DNA of 64,000 bases from Nematocida ausubeli. Lineage: Eukaryota. This document shows, one piece after another, positions 30,433 to 41,924 of this stretch (its first letter is position 1; each line of letters opens with the position of its first letter). The translations under genes were made by a program, and so were the position numbers. The stretch spans positions 413,156 to 477,155 of the forward strand of contig NW_026515634.1 in NCBI RefSeq assembly GCF_000738915.1. Direction: 5' to 3'. The notes beneath the pieces are model-generated. The model was not told the DNA's origin and made no database searches. It saw only the letters and a list, made by a program, of their open reading frames with translations.

Positions 30433-31530
30433 ATGCACATATGTATTATAGGAGCTGGGCCCGCAGCGGCCTACTTTATTAAAGAGTGTCTCATCCGCTC
30501 TAGTGCAGCTACATTCGATGTGTTTGAGCAAAGCAGCAAGCTTCTTGGAAATCTAAGAAAGGGAGTGGCTCCTGATCAGCATCGGATCAGAGAGACCATT
30601 CCAGCGCTGGAAAAGATCTTTCTGTCGGATCAAAGAGTAAGTCTGCATAGAGGGATGCACATGGGAACAGACATATCTCTGAAAGATGTGCAGAAGAAGT
30701 ATGATGCAGTGGTTATAGCCACTGGGGCCGAGCCAAATACTATTGCAGTCCCTGGGGCAGAGCATATAATTAGAGCAGACCAAGTGATGGAATGGATTTC
30801 AGAGAATAGGCCTGTAAGTGCAAACGGAAGAATTGCAGTGCTAGGCCACGGGAATGTGGCTCTGGATGTAGCTCGTGTGCTGCTCCATGCCCAAAGAATG
30901 GGAAGTTCTTCTTTATCCGGAGTTCAAGTAGAGGAGGTTGATGTAATAGGAAGAAGCCCCCCTGACCTCTCCAAGTTTACAACTCCTGTGCTTGCAGAGT
31001 TTCTGTCGCACCCAACCAGTATAAGCATCTCTGAAAGAGTGTGCAGATGGATCAGAAAAGTATCATCCGCAGGCACTTTTCCCAGAGCAGTGGAAAGAAA
31101 GGCTCTTCTTCTATCCAGCGGCAAAAAGCCCACTAGTAAAACTGCAAGATTTATTTTTTGGGAAGCCCCCACACAGGTAAATAGAACAAAGACAGAATGT
31201 GGAAAACGCATGCTTTCTGAAGAGGAGCCGGCAGCAAGTGCGCTCTCAAATGAAACTTTGAGAATAACCAACCCCGGATACAAGTACACCTTGACTACTG
31301 TGGACGACAGAGGGGTAGAAAGGAAAGCTGAATACGACGGCATAGTTTCTGCAGTTGGGTATAAGCCACGACCACTTCAGGATCTTCTAGAAGGTGTTAC
31401 TGTACCTGTGTACAGAGTGGGATGGGCTAGCACCGAAGGCCGTGGTACGCTAGCAGATGCATATGTCTCCGCGATTGAAACGGCAAGTGCACTGTTTCCT
31501 GACGGGGCAGCACATGCAGGCCTAGAATAG
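30433..31530 (+). CDS. ARH1: NADPH:adrenodoxin/ferredoxin reductase (probably mitosomal)
   Basis: IIGAGPA, GVAPD, YDAVVIATGA, GHGNVALDVARVL, AVGY and VGW. Confidence 0.88.
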   Translation: MHICIIGAGPAAAYFIKECLIRSSAATFDVFEQSSKLLGNLRKGVAPDQHRIRETIPALEKIFLSDQRVSLHRGMHMGTDISLKDVQKKYDAVVIATGAEPNTIAVPGAEHIIRADQVMEWISENRPVSANGRIAVLGHGNVALDVARVLLHAQRMGSSSLSGVQVEEVDVIGRSPPDLSKFTTPVLAEFLSHPTSISISERVCRWIRKVSSAGTFPRAVERKALLLSSGKKPTSKTARFIFWEAPTQVNRTKTECGKRMLSEEEPAASALSNETLRITNPGYKYTLTTVDDRGVERKAEYDGIVSAVGYKPRPLQDLLEGVTVPVYRVGWASTEGRGTLADAYVSAIETASALFPDGAAHAGLE

Positions 31531-31685
31531 CGAGAACATGCATCTAAATTACTTTGTACTAAACATCTTCTAAATAAATGCGCAGCATTCTCCAAGAAGC
31601 AAATGTTTTGGTTTTATGCATGCTGTGTAATGCTAAGGCTTCCGGGCGCGCGCACAGATGCACTGCACTGACGTTTTTGACTTTA

Positions 31686-31695
31686 ATAACCCGAA
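31686..31695 (+). promoter_or_regulatory. ATAACCCGAA recurrent intergenic motif, copy 4
   Basis: Exact 10-mer 40 bp upstream of the NOT1 ATG. Confidence 0.5.
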
Positions 31696-31735
31696 TTTGT
31701 ATCTATAAATTCTTGTTTAATTTTTATTTTCTTGT

Positions 31736-34700
31736 ATGTGGAAAGAACAGAGCAAATGTCCCCATGAAAGGGATCGGGCTTTCTCTAATAGCTTAGCAGT
31801 AGGCAAAAAAGAGCTATTTGATAGGCTAAAGGATGTTTTGCGGAAAGATCAGAGAGAAAAGGACGCCTTTGTTGGAGATGTGCTTCGGCAAGAGAACCCT
31901 AAAGAGGTTTTTCTCCAAATAGACTGCTGTGACTTCTTAATTGTCTCAAAGGCAGAGGCACAGTCCTATTTTGAGCTGTGGAGGAAAGTCACCTCAGATA
32001 TATACCCATTTAAGAGGATGTTTAAGCGATGGCAGCACACAAAGGCGCAGGCACTTTTTCTTCACCATGTTTTGTCGCTGCCTCCAGAGCTGGTTCAGCT
32101 GCACCGGGGAGACACTTCTTCGCTGATAGATCGGCACAAGGAAACGTATGAGTACACGCCGTCTGTCAAGGAAATGGCAATTTCGAACTACAATGCAGAG
32201 GAGCTTTTTGCGCTGCTGTCAGAAATAGACATAGAGGACGGCCTTGCTATACTGAGCTATGGTGTTTCAACAGTACCTGAGCTCATCTGTTTTGGTCTTC
32301 TAAAGAACACGCAGAAGTATGAAAGGCTTTTCCTTGATACCTTTGCACACTGTCTCATCATGAGCGAAAGAAGCAAGGTTATTCTCCGAAAGATTTTTGA
32401 CAGAAAGCCAAAGCTAACTCTGCTGACCATGGAGAAGCTGCAGGCCTCGTCCTTTTCTCTGGAAGAGTGCCTAATGGCGTGCCTAGAGTGTAAAATACTT
32501 CCGTATCTCATCAGAGAGCTAGACCCTCTGGAGTTTTCGCTTGACATGATTCTAGTTGCAATTACAATGGACATGATTGACTTGAGTGTTATTCTGTGCA
32601 TGCAGTCAAATGACGAGTTCATCAACAGTTTTATCCATCACATAATATTCAGGTATGGGAAAGGGTCTACGAAGGGAATCAGCATAACCCCACTGACAGT
32701 GGACATTATTATTTCCACGTGCATAACACTTGAGGGGCTGTCCAAGGGCCTTCAAAAGAGCACAGTTATGCTGCTGGGAAAGCTGAAAAGCGCGCTCATT
32801 CCAGAGATCCGCACGTGTCTGGTGAAGCGGACCTCGCTGAAGCAGCAGGCAAGCGAGTTTCTCCATAATGCAATCTCTGGGCGGACAATTAACTCAGACG
32901 CCATAGTGTACATGACGCAGATATCTTCGAATAAAAGCTCGTATGACGTGGAGCTGTTTGAGCATATTCTGTGCGAGATGGACCAAAAGTACAATGTTTT
33001 GGAGCGGCTGGGCATCCACGAGGTGCTTTCCATGTCTTTGTTCTACGGAAGAATGATAAAGTACGAGATACTTCCGGGAAAAAGAACAAAGGCTGCAATG
33101 CGAAAGATAGCGCTTTTTCTCCGGGAAGATCCATGCAGCAACAGCTTTAAGTTTGCGCTGAAGTGTCTTGAAACCTTTGGAGATATTCTGGAGAAGTATC
33201 CGTTCTATGCGCAGGAGTACTCGCGAATGCCCCAGGTGTACGCTGCAAATAAGTCTCTGTACACATTTATACGAGGACACTTGAGCATCCAGGAGCTTAC
33301 GTCTAAGAACGAGCTTGATGGGTCACTTCCTTTTGCAGACCTGATTTCGGGCGCGCTGGGAAAGATCGAGGCAAACCCGAGTTGGCAGAAGTTCTTTAAT
33401 ATGCTTACGCTCTCTAACATGCAGAGTGTTATTGAAGGCATCCAGGCCCAGCAGCCCCAGGAAATAGACATAGCGAAGTATCTTATTACAAAGAGGGTGT
33501 TTAGAGAGACGAACCATCTGAAGGTTTACATCCAGTTTATCCTGGACTACTCTGATACGCTCTACTTGAGGGTGCGCGAGATGTTCTTTTTGATTCTTAG
33601 AGTGTATGCAGACAGACACACTGAGGTGGACAGAACAGACAAGGCGCCCTCGCTCCGAATCATCGGCACGTACTTGGGAATGCTTATGTTTACAGACCGG
33701 GTGCCAATTGTATGCAGCCAGTTTAGTGTAAAAGAGTATCTTGTAGACAGCGCGGGCAAAGAGTATATATACTCTGCAGTGGTTTTTGTGTGTAAGTATA
33801 TTGAAGAGTGTCTGTCCAGCCGTATTTTTGGAAAAAAGAGTCCGTACGTGGCCTCTATTCTAAGAGTGCTGTCTGAGATCCACTTCCTTGCAGAGGGAAG
33901 CGACCTGATATCCTTGGAGATTGAGATCTGCTTCTCAAAGATTGAAATTCCAATTGAAGACATCTATCCCGACATATCCGTCCAGGAGAAAAGACTTGGG
34001 GCTAAGAGAAAGGCCTCCGGAATAGCAACCTACATAGAGCTTGAGGGCATTCGAAGCATGCTAGCACACATTTCGATAATGGGTCTTGACTTGGCAATCC
34101 GAGATGTTCCGTATCTCATAGTAGACAAGATATTCAGCATATGCAGCAGAGCCTCTTCTGAGGCCGTGAAGAAAGACTTCCCTGGCAGGCCAGACCTGGC
34201 TGTGCGTGCATACACAAACATGGTGTACGCGCTGACATCTGCACTTGCGTGCTCCTCAACTGCTGGGCCAATTAAGGCAAGTGCTGTGAACAACATCGCA
34301 CACTTTATGAGGCTAGCAGGAATGGAAGACACCATGAGTAACGAAAAAATAGCGCACATAGTAGACAAGAATCTTGGCATATGCCTGGGTATTGTGGAGT
34401 ACATTGCTCGGGAAAGAGTCAAGATGGGAATCGGCCTAAAGATAGAAGAGCTTATAGAAGAAGTGTCGCATCTTCCTATAAAACCGGTTCCAATCCATAA
34501 CATAGACCTATATAACACAAAGGTCTACACGAAGCCAAGCTACATCATTGCAGATGACATACAGACAATAACAATTGGAGAGTATCATGAGATCTGTGCA
34601 TACCTTACATCAATCAATTACAAGAACAGAGAGAATGCGGAGGCACTTGGTCCCTTTACAAGCTCGTCTGCACAGAAGAAGTGGGTGGACACCCAGAAAA

Positions 34701-36454
34701 TTCTGCAAGAGATTGAGAAAAACTCTGAAGAAGTTGTCAAGCCAAAGCTTGCAATTGAGCTACTGGAAAGCCTGCACGCAATCATTAGCTTTGTTTCATC
34801 TGGGGCAAACGAAATGGCGTGTCTTTTCTTCTGCCAGAACATCATTGGAAGCATCTTCATGCTTAGCAACCAGTGGGCACAAAAGGTCTGCATTCAGGCG
34901 GTGTACAGAATCTGCAAGCTGTCCTACAGCTCTATGCGAGAGGTGTCTTCGTGGCTTATATACGCAGAGGATGAAAGAAAGTTCAACCCAAAGGTCATTG
35001 CCCAGATGCTTGACCACAAGATTATGAACGTCCTTGAGTACGATCTATACCTAGGGAGCACTCTGATGCGAAATACTCAGCGAGTAAAGTTTGCGGCAGA
35101 GCTTCTTCGCCTCTGCATTCTATCGGAGGTGCCTGTTGGGAACCCATTTGACTACATATGCATTATAGAGGCAGTGTCCAAAACGTCAAAAGGCACATCT
35201 GACGACCGAACCAAGGGCTTGCTTAAGGAGATAGCTAGCAAGATTTTCCTGATTCGAAAAGACAGTTCAGACAAGAAGCTCTTTGAAATGTGGACTGATG
35301 TGTACTTTTGCAAGGTTCTTGGAAGCGAGCGAAGCAGCGCTCTTAAAGAGATCATTGCCTCCATTGAGGAAAGAACCAGCACGCAGGCCAGCCTGCAGGA
35401 GTTCATCAAATGCAGCTTCTCAGCAGCACTTGAGTCATATCTTCGGGCGCGAAAGGAGTGCTCGCCTATTAAGTATCTGAAAATCGAGTCGCTTGCGGTT
35501 CTTGTATCCACGCTTGCCACCACTCGGGAGCTTTTTTCCGAGTGCCTTTGCATTCTGACAGACATCTTTTTGGACGGTGTAGACATACAGTATTACCAAA
35601 TGCAGACACTCTTTACCAGAATTTTGCAGGTGATTCTTGAAAAGATTTCGGTGGACCAGGAGGATATTATCTTTGACTTCCTGAGGATTATGCGCCCAAC
35701 CTCCTGCGGATTCTTTTTGTCTGGCTTTATTGAGATTGTTTTCTCGGAGTATATTATTCGAAATATGTTCCTGCGGAATGCATTCAGAGGTGTGGCCATC
35801 ATTGAGTGGATCTGCCAGGCGCTTCAGGTGATTGAACCCTCGCCCTACTTAGATGGGATTGTATATGCATGTGCTGCATTTGTTCTGCAGCTCAAAAGAT
35901 ATGCGCCAAACTTCTACAGCCACTACTCGTACCTTGCGCTGCTTATGGTTCCTATTTCACCCTCCATGGTTTTGCTGCGTAATGTGTGGTCGCTGCACAG
36001 GCATCCTTCATACATGGAGCTGCTGGTGCAGCACAAGCACCTCATTGTCAACAAAGAGTACTATGCAATCCTTGTGAAGGTAAATGAAGCTCTCCAGGAC
36101 AAGAGCCCAAATGTGTTTTCCATTACCACAAATGAAGAGCTTCTCTCGCATGTCTTAGTTGACTCGCTTACTAACCACGCAGACTCGTCCAAGGTGTACC
36201 ACGAGATCATTCTCAGCCTATTCTCACAGCCAGGGAAAATATCTTACAAGGAGCATATTCTGGCAAGACTCCTGGAGAAAAGCTGTGCTCCGCCGCCCAA
36301 GCCGCTTTTTGTGCGCAAAACACTAGATGCGCTGCTTAACGCCCAGACATATATGGAATCGCTGGGGGAGATTGTGCGCAGAGACAAAGAGATTCTTAGT
36401 AAGCTCATTGTCAGAGTGTCTACAATCCTGGCAACAGATACTGTTCTAAATTAA
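31736..36454 (+). CDS. NOT1: CCR4-NOT scaffold subunit Not1 (reduced)
   Basis: 1572 aa helical protein; FKFALKCLETF..LEKYPFY, ETNHLKVY, SRIF...PY...IL.VLSEIH and WLIYAEDERKFN. Confidence 0.85.
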   Translation: MWKEQSKCPHERDRAFSNSLAVGKKELFDRLKDVLRKDQREKDAFVGDVLRQENPKEVFLQIDCCDFLIVSKAEAQSYFELWRKVTSDIYPFKRMFKRWQHTKAQALFLHHVLSLPPELVQLHRGDTSSLIDRHKETYEYTPSVKEMAISNYNAEELFALLSEIDIEDGLAILSYGVSTVPELICFGLLKNTQKYERLFLDTFAHCLIMSERSKVILRKIFDRKPKLTLLTMEKLQASSFSLEECLMACLECKILPYLIRELDPLEFSLDMILVAITMDMIDLSVILCMQSNDEFINSFIHHIIFRYGKGSTKGISITPLTVDIIISTCITLEGLSKGLQKSTVMLLGKLKSALIPEIRTCLVKRTSLKQQASEFLHNAISGRTINSDAIVYMTQISSNKSSYDVELFEHILCEMDQKYNVLERLGIHEVLSMSLFYGRMIKYEILPGKRTKAAMRKIALFLREDPCSNSFKFALKCLETFGDILEKYPFYAQEYSRMPQVYAANKSLYTFIRGHLSIQELTSKNELDGSLPFADLISGALGKIEANPSWQKFFNMLTLSNMQSVIEGIQAQQPQEIDIAKYLITKRVFRETNHLKVYIQFILDYSDTLYLRVREMFFLILRVYADRHTEVDRTDKAPSLRIIGTYLGMLMFTDRVPIVCSQFSVKEYLVDSAGKEYIYSAVVFVCKYIEECLSSRIFGKKSPYVASILRVLSEIHFLAEGSDLISLEIEICFSKIEIPIEDIYPDISVQEKRLGAKRKASGIATYIELEGIRSMLAHISIMGLDLAIRDVPYLIVDKIFSICSRASSEAVKKDFPGRPDLAVRAYTNMVYALTSALACSSTAGPIKASAVNNIAHFMRLAGMEDTMSNEKIAHIVDKNLGICLGIVEYIARERVKMGIGLKIEELIEEVSHLPIKPVPIHNIDLYNTKVYTKPSYIIADDIQTITIGEYHEICAYLTSINYKNRENAEALGPFTSSSAQKKWVDTQKILQEIEKNSEEVVKPKLAIELLESLHAIISFVSSGANEMACLFFCQNIIGSIFMLSNQWAQKVCIQAVYRICKLSYSSMREVSSWLIYAEDERKFNPKVIAQMLDHKIMNVLEYDLYLGSTLMRNTQRVKFAAELLRLCILSEVPVGNPFDYICIIEAVSKTSKGTSDDRTKGLLKEIASKIFLIRKDSSDKKLFEMWTDVYFCKVLGSERSSALKEIIASIEERTSTQASLQEFIKCSFSAALESYLRARKECSPIKYLKIESLAVLVSTLATTRELFSECLCILTDIFLDGVDIQYYQMQTLFTRILQVILEKISVDQEDIIFDFLRIMRPTSCGFFLSGFIEIVFSEYIIRNMFLRNAFRGVAIIEWICQALQVIEPSPYLDGIVYACAAFVLQLKRYAPNFYSHYSYLALLMVPISPSMVLLRNVWSLHRHPSYMELLVQHKHLIVNKEYYAILVKVNEALQDKSPNVFSITTNEELLSHVLVDSLTNHADSSKVYHEIILSLFSQPGKISYKEHILARLLEKSCAPPPKPLFVRKTLDALLNAQTYMESLGEIVRRDKEILSKLIVRVSTILATDTVLN

Positions 36455-36622
36455 CGCAATCTATTTATAAATCACTGTATCATCTCACAGCTATCTACTT
36501 TCTTTTTGAGCTCCCTGCACCATGTTTGATTTTCTAGCCTTTAAGCTTTATTTATTTCTGCCTACACATATTTACCGCACAGCCTGCTTAGAGCCTAAAA
36601 ATCTCAAAAGAATTTTCTTTTA

Positions 36623-37681
36623 ATGCTACAGGACAAGTACAGGCCAGAGACACTGGCGGATATGGACAGAATTCCGGCTGCCCGAATTCTAAGTGCACTT
36701 CCATTTAGCTCGATCTCAAACATTATCTTTGTAGGCCCGGAAGGCGCTGGAAAGCGAACTCTTTTCTCGGCTTTCCTCAAGCACACCTTCGGCACAACGT
36801 CTTCATTCTTTTCATACACCTCTACATTAGAAGTATCCCCCTCTAAGTCAATTGAAGTAGAAATCTTAGAAAGCAAGGAGGTCATGGAAATAAAGCTAGA
36901 CGGCTTAGGAACATATGATAAAAAGGTTCTTCAGAAGATTGCCACCGACATATCTGCCACAAAATCCATCAAGAATCTTATCAAAGCGCACGAGCATGAC
37001 CAGAACTCTGAAAACAGCGCTCCTATGCCTGGAAAAGCTATGCATCCCAAAATACTTCTTATTCCAGACGGCCATCTACTGAGCACAGGCGCACAGATGG
37101 CTCTTAGGCGCATTCTAGAAAAAGGAGCTGCAAACTTTCAGCTAGTTCTTTTAACAACGACTCTCTCCCACATAATTCCTGCTTTTAAAAGTAGGTTCCT
37201 TGTGTGCCGCGTTCCTGCTCCTTCTAGAAACGACATTGCATCTTTAGTTAGCCGCATCTCAGCGCAGGAGAAAGTAGATATATCTGAAGACACTTGCACC
37301 GAGATCGTTGATATGTCGGGTAGAAACATGCGCATAGCACTGTCCATTATGGAGCTAGCTGTGCATAAAGAGCCTATTTCCATATCCCCGTGGGATATGA
37401 CTATACGAGACATAGTGCGTGGCGTGCAGATAACTCCATCGGTCAAGTGCCTGGTTGAAATACGCGCTCTGCTATACAGCCTACTGTGCAACCATCTTCC
37501 TGCAACATATATTGTTGAGTCTATTCTGCAAGGAGTTTTAAAGAACGAGAAGAAAGTTGAAAAAGCAAGGAAAATTACAGAAATTGCATCTAAGTATACG
37601 GCTAGGCTTGGCGCAGGCACTAAAGATCTCTTCCATATTGAGGCTTTTGTTGCAAATTTAATGTCTTTATACGGTAAGTAG
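36623..37681 (+). CDS. RFC5: Replication factor C small subunit (yeast Rfc5/human RFC3 type)
   Basis: DKYRP, GPEGAGKRT, AQMALRRILEK, LY.LL...P and FHIEAFVA. Confidence 0.9.
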   Translation: MLQDKYRPETLADMDRIPAARILSALPFSSISNIIFVGPEGAGKRTLFSAFLKHTFGTTSSFFSYTSTLEVSPSKSIEVEILESKEVMEIKLDGLGTYDKKVLQKIATDISATKSIKNLIKAHEHDQNSENSAPMPGKAMHPKILLIPDGHLLSTGAQMALRRILEKGAANFQLVLLTTTLSHIIPAFKSRFLVCRVPAPSRNDIASLVSRISAQEKVDISEDTCTEIVDMSGRNMRIALSIMELAVHKEPISISPWDMTIRDIVRGVQITPSVKCLVEIRALLYSLLCNHLPATYIVESILQGVLKNEKKVEKARKITEIASKYTARLGAGTKDLFHIEAFVANLMSLYGK

Positions 37682-37849
37682 CCCATTTAGTCGCTATACA
37701 ATTGGTAATATTGCACTCATAAAAGATGTTTTCAAACTAGAAATAATGTAAGTGAATTCTTGCCAATCGTAGCGGTGCCAGTTGCACACCATCAATAATA
37801 AATAAATAAACTTTCTCTATTTCTTGTTTCTTGCGGGTAAACAATACGA

Positions 37850-38866
37850 ATGTTTACTAAAGTGGAAATAGAAACGTGCGAAGGCGCTCCTTTGCTCTCA
37901 TATATAAGCCCTCTGCATACATACGATAGCAAAAAAGGCCCTATTTTTTCTTTCTCCCAGAAGTTTGGATCTTTGGTCTTCAAAGGCATTTTTCTCAACT
38001 CAGAGGATAAGCTAATTGCCAAGCATCTTCTATACTCAATGGTTTCTGATCTAGCAATCACCTCAGACACCTTGCTCCTTAAAAAGCACGCCACCATATA
38101 CGCATATATTGACAACTACCTGTCCTCCAGAAACCTCGCATTCCCTATTCCCCGAAGAAAAACCCCAAGTGTTCTTTCCTCCGCAGCTGCCCTTGCCCCT
38201 AAGAAAAAGGTCTTTGTCGAGGTGACCGATAAGGTGTTCCTGCGCCTGTCACACGGGCGAACTGTCAGCAGCTGCTACGGCCAAATATCTACAAAGCCGT
38301 CAGAAGACGTGGGCCAGATGTCTCTCAAAATTGACTCTCGGTCTTTGTGCGGTCTGAGAAACATACAGTATGACTCGTCTGTCTACAGACACCGAGAAGG
38401 CATAACTACTCTACTCACGTGCCCATCCAAAGACTCCACCATCATGACATACACATATGCTGGAAGCATAGCAGACCTTCCGCTTGTCAAGACAATTCTT
38501 GTTGACACAAGAACCATAGAGATTCTTCTCTGTTTTACCTCTGGCAAGTATCCTGATATGTTCTCCACCTCGCTCACCTTTGACTATATCATTGGAAACA
38601 TCAGTGTACAGTGCAAGGAGGGGCTCTACGACTACCACGCTCCAAGCAGAACTCTTACTTGGAAGCTGTCCAAAATAGCGAAAAATGTCTCACTAACTGT
38701 GCACACCACGGAGCCGCACCGATCAAGTGCAATCGTAAAGTACGAGTGCAAGTACGGCAAAACTGCTATATCCAGCGTGATTGTCAAGAGCCTTTCCTCA
38801 GACGCCGATGAAAACTGGATTAAGCACACCACAGATGTGTCTGGTCTTCTAAGATTGCAGAACTAG
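37850..38866 (+). CDS. Adaptor-complex mu-subunit-like protein (divergent)
   Basis: KVFVEVTDKV, GQI..K, LTWKLSKI and C-terminal NWIKHTT resemble the mu-homology domain. Confidence 0.65.
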   Translation: MFTKVEIETCEGAPLLSYISPLHTYDSKKGPIFSFSQKFGSLVFKGIFLNSEDKLIAKHLLYSMVSDLAITSDTLLLKKHATIYAYIDNYLSSRNLAFPIPRRKTPSVLSSAAALAPKKKVFVEVTDKVFLRLSHGRTVSSCYGQISTKPSEDVGQMSLKIDSRSLCGLRNIQYDSSVYRHREGITTLLTCPSKDSTIMTYTYAGSIADLPLVKTILVDTRTIEILLCFTSGKYPDMFSTSLTFDYIIGNISVQCKEGLYDYHAPSRTLTWKLSKIAKNVSLTVHTTEPHRSSAIVKYECKYGKTAISSVIVKSLSSDADENWIKHTTDVSGLLRLQN

Positions 38867-39793
38867 TTTCTGATCGCCTTTGTCTGTCTGCTACTTTTAG
38901 CTGCACAGCCCTAAAACATCAATAAATAGTCTAAGATCTAAAGAATCCTTTACACTCTTAATTGTTTTATTCTGCAGTACGCTATTGTGCAGACGGCATG
39001 TATAATTCAGTGATTAAACTACTGTGCTGCATACGGTAACCTCTGCTATTTGTTTGTATGTTCTTGTTGTCTATGGAATAATCTAAATCTATTACATATT
39101 AAAGAATACTATTTTTGTAAACTCAGATTAAATTTAAGAGATATTTTCTAAAATATGTATAGTAGAGTGAGCTAAACTACATTTGTGTGTTTGAACAGGA
39201 AAATCTATGTAATACATACCCAATTTGATCTTTCTTGATCTTTTTCTTAGTGCTGTCTTCATTTGTCTTATTGGTTCCTTTCCATGTCCACGCATTTAAG
39301 GGTCTCTAGATTCTTACAGTTTTCTTATTTTCCTGTGCCTCTCCTCTTTTTTTTGTTTTAAACTCTCCACTATAAGAAAGTATGTACACTTTATGTTTTT
39401 GTAATGAAAGCAGAGCAAAAATAAAAAACCAATATTATGAGAGCCTTAGCAGCAGTAATTTAAATACAAACTAGAATACTACATAGCAAAATCCACAAAA
39501 GTCTTAATAAAAACACCTACAGACTATATTCAAAGAACACCCTTTATAATAGGTAGGTCATCCCAGAAAACAATTTCCAGTTGAATACAGATGCGTTCCA
39601 TCTATCATAGAAAGAAGGTATCTACATACATTTATATATACTGCAGATTTCAAAAGACATCCACGCTCATGGAAGCTCCTTATAAAGAAACAGCAACAGT
39701 GTAGTTACATTCTTGACACGCATGCGAATATAAATGAAAATCAACTGGAGCTGCGCGATTTTAGATTTTTATTTTCTTTTGTTTTTTTAAACT

Positions 39794-40576
39794 ATGGCAG
39801 AGGACCCCACACTTATACTTCGAAAACAAATATCTATAAAGGGTGTAATACAGATAGATTCGGATAAAATCACCATGGGAGAAGTAACCTTTCCAATTAC
39901 AACAAAAAGCACATACAAAAACACCCGAAACCAGCAGTATTCTCTTGCATCTATATGCTATCTCCACCTAACACGATCTCTTGACCATGGAGAGTATATT
40001 TCATCGTGTAAAGCATCAAACATTGAGCCTGTTTCATACCTAGACAGAGAAAGGATTCTTGAAGATCTGCTGGCCCCGCTTCCTCAAACCAAAATCACTC
40101 TTATGAGAAAAACCCGAACACATCCAATCGACATTTCAAAGATACTAGACGCATATGCAGAGTTGAAAGCCATACAGCCAACAGGAGTGCAGTACATCCT
40201 TCTCCCAAGAGACGATGCATCTATCCGAGCTATACTATTTGAAAAGCACATAAAAAATGACAGAAAGAACATTGTAGAATATGGAAAACACAAGTTCAAG
40301 CTGATAAATGACCCTGAAGACGTAGAGTCTATTGATAGGATTGCAGCTGTCTTTCTGGACGGATCAACGTGGCAGTTTAATGGCTGGCCTGCCACACTTA
40401 CAGCCCGCATGAGCCACATTCCTATATTTTTCCTGCTGCCCAGTAATACGCTTACGCCCCCAGTGCTTTCATTCTCTGCTACTATACTCAGAGAAGACGT
40501 GCCTGGCGATGATTCCAATAGAGCTTCAGTTGCCTTCTGGTCCATTATGGGTGTTCCCTCAGCAGAGCAAGAGTAG
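39794..40576 (+). CDS. CDC73: Paf1 complex subunit Cdc73/parafibromin
   Basis: DPTLILR, YSLASI, HGEYI and C-terminal RIAAVFLDGSTWQFNGWP. Confidence 0.9.
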   Translation: MAEDPTLILRKQISIKGVIQIDSDKITMGEVTFPITTKSTYKNTRNQQYSLASICYLHLTRSLDHGEYISSCKASNIEPVSYLDRERILEDLLAPLPQTKITLMRKTRTHPIDISKILDAYAELKAIQPTGVQYILLPRDDASIRAILFEKHIKNDRKNIVEYGKHKFKLINDPEDVESIDRIAAVFLDGSTWQFNGWPATLTARMSHIPIFFLLPSNTLTPPVLSFSATILREDVPGDDSNRASVAFWSIMGVPSAEQE

Positions 40577-40599
40577 GCAGCCGATGTTAGTAAATTATT

Positions 40600-41466
40600 T
40601 TATGTTCTCTTTTCTCTGTTTCTTACACTCTTTTCGTGCAGCAGCGCAGCTACTCCAGTTGATACAATAGTCACCGCATTGCTCCAGCATAAAAAATTCA
40701 TATTTCCAACTCCACAGAGCACCAGCATATACCACACAAGGTGGTCTATAACAGCTCCTAGAAAGCTCAGCCCCAAAAGAAGGTTGAAAATCTGTTTTCT
40801 CTCTGTTTTCTGAATGCTTAGTATGCACCACACAAGGATGTATCCTCTGTATCCTAGGTCCTTAAACACCATGGTCAAATACAGTTTAGTGCTTATACAC
40901 TGGCTGTATATTGTAAGGGCCTGAAAGAAGAAGTGCATGGCCTGGAAAATATCTCTACACAATTCTCGGTACTCTGCAAACATTTGCATATTGATATACC
41001 AGTACGGGTTGATTCCAGGAGCGCATTTTGTATATGTGCCCTCCATGCAAAGCAGCGCGAGAAGTGGTGCTGTGTATCTTAGTAGTATTTTTCTGTAGCA
41101 TAGCACGGCCACAAGGCAAATAATAGAATATACCTCGCTGGGAAGGAAAGAGGTCAGCAGGAAGTACATGGGGGTTCCTAATAGATATGCTGACATAAAG
41201 TCGCACAGAGCTGTGACAGTAAACAGCACACTATGTACCGAGTATCTTCCTCCTATAGAAATCAGGCTGAGCATCTTAGTAAAGTAGTATAAGGTAATGG
41301 CTGGCTTATCTGCAAAGGGATTTCCTTTGATATATTCCTCTGCTTCTGTAAGATCATAGTATGAATATCTAGAGAGTGACTCGCTTGGGCAATAGCAGCG
41401 AACAGCAACAGCAAATATATTAATTGCCATGTTTTGTGTTATGTACTGCAGATGGTCTCTTTTCAT
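40600..41466 (-). CDS. GAB1: GPI transamidase subunit PIG-U/Gab1
   Basis: Multi-TM; PGINPYWY..QMF and GVGNMNF motifs. Confidence 0.8.
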   Translation of the reverse strand: MKRDHLQYITQNMAINIFAVAVRCYCPSESLSRYSYYDLTEAEEYIKGNPFADKPAITLYYFTKMLSLISIGGRYSVHSVLFTVTALCDFMSAYLLGTPMYFLLTSFLPSEVYSIICLVAVLCYRKILLRYTAPLLALLCMEGTYTKCAPGINPYWYINMQMFAEYRELCRDIFQAMHFFFQALTIYSQCISTKLYLTMVFKDLGYRGYILVWCILSIQKTERKQIFNLLLGLSFLGAVIDHLVWYMLVLCGVGNMNFLCWSNAVTIVSTGVAALLHEKSVRNREKRT

Positions 41467-41914
41467 TAGCCTTAAACAAATAAAAATATTATATCTGATG
41501 AGTTATATTGTTGGCTGATCTAAACAGCTTATAAGTTCGCGCTCTTAATATAAGTACGTACCTATATAGCAACTACTTTTGTGTGCAGAAACAGACTTCA
41601 GATCTATGGATTGCTCATAATGAAAGCTTTTGCTAGGCCAATAGCAATGCTGTAGGAAAGCAAAGAGAGTGCCTTTCTATATTTGTATGATAAGCAAAGG
41701 TGTGCATAAATTATTAAGAAAGAGTGGATGTGTGGAAGAAGACAGTTGTACAATCTTCTAGATAATATGAGCTAGAGCTCTAAGCATAATATAAGACCTA
41801 CAGAAAAAAGAGTATAGTGTGATTGTAATTCAAATGAATATTTAAAATATTTAACCATAGACTCAATAGTATTTTTACTAGTAGAAAAGCCTTTTATTAT
41901 ACTTCTGTGAGTTG

Positions 41915-41924
41915 TTCGGGTTAT
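41915..41924 (-). promoter_or_regulatory. ATAACCCGAA recurrent intergenic motif, copy 5
   Basis: TTCGGGTTAT on +, within a 15-mer identical to 23603-23617. Confidence 0.5.

Noticed and set aside
39134..39295. 53-codon basic minus-strand ORF (MRGHGKEPIRQMKTALRKRSRK...)
   Set aside because: No recognisable family; explicable by local T-rich composition
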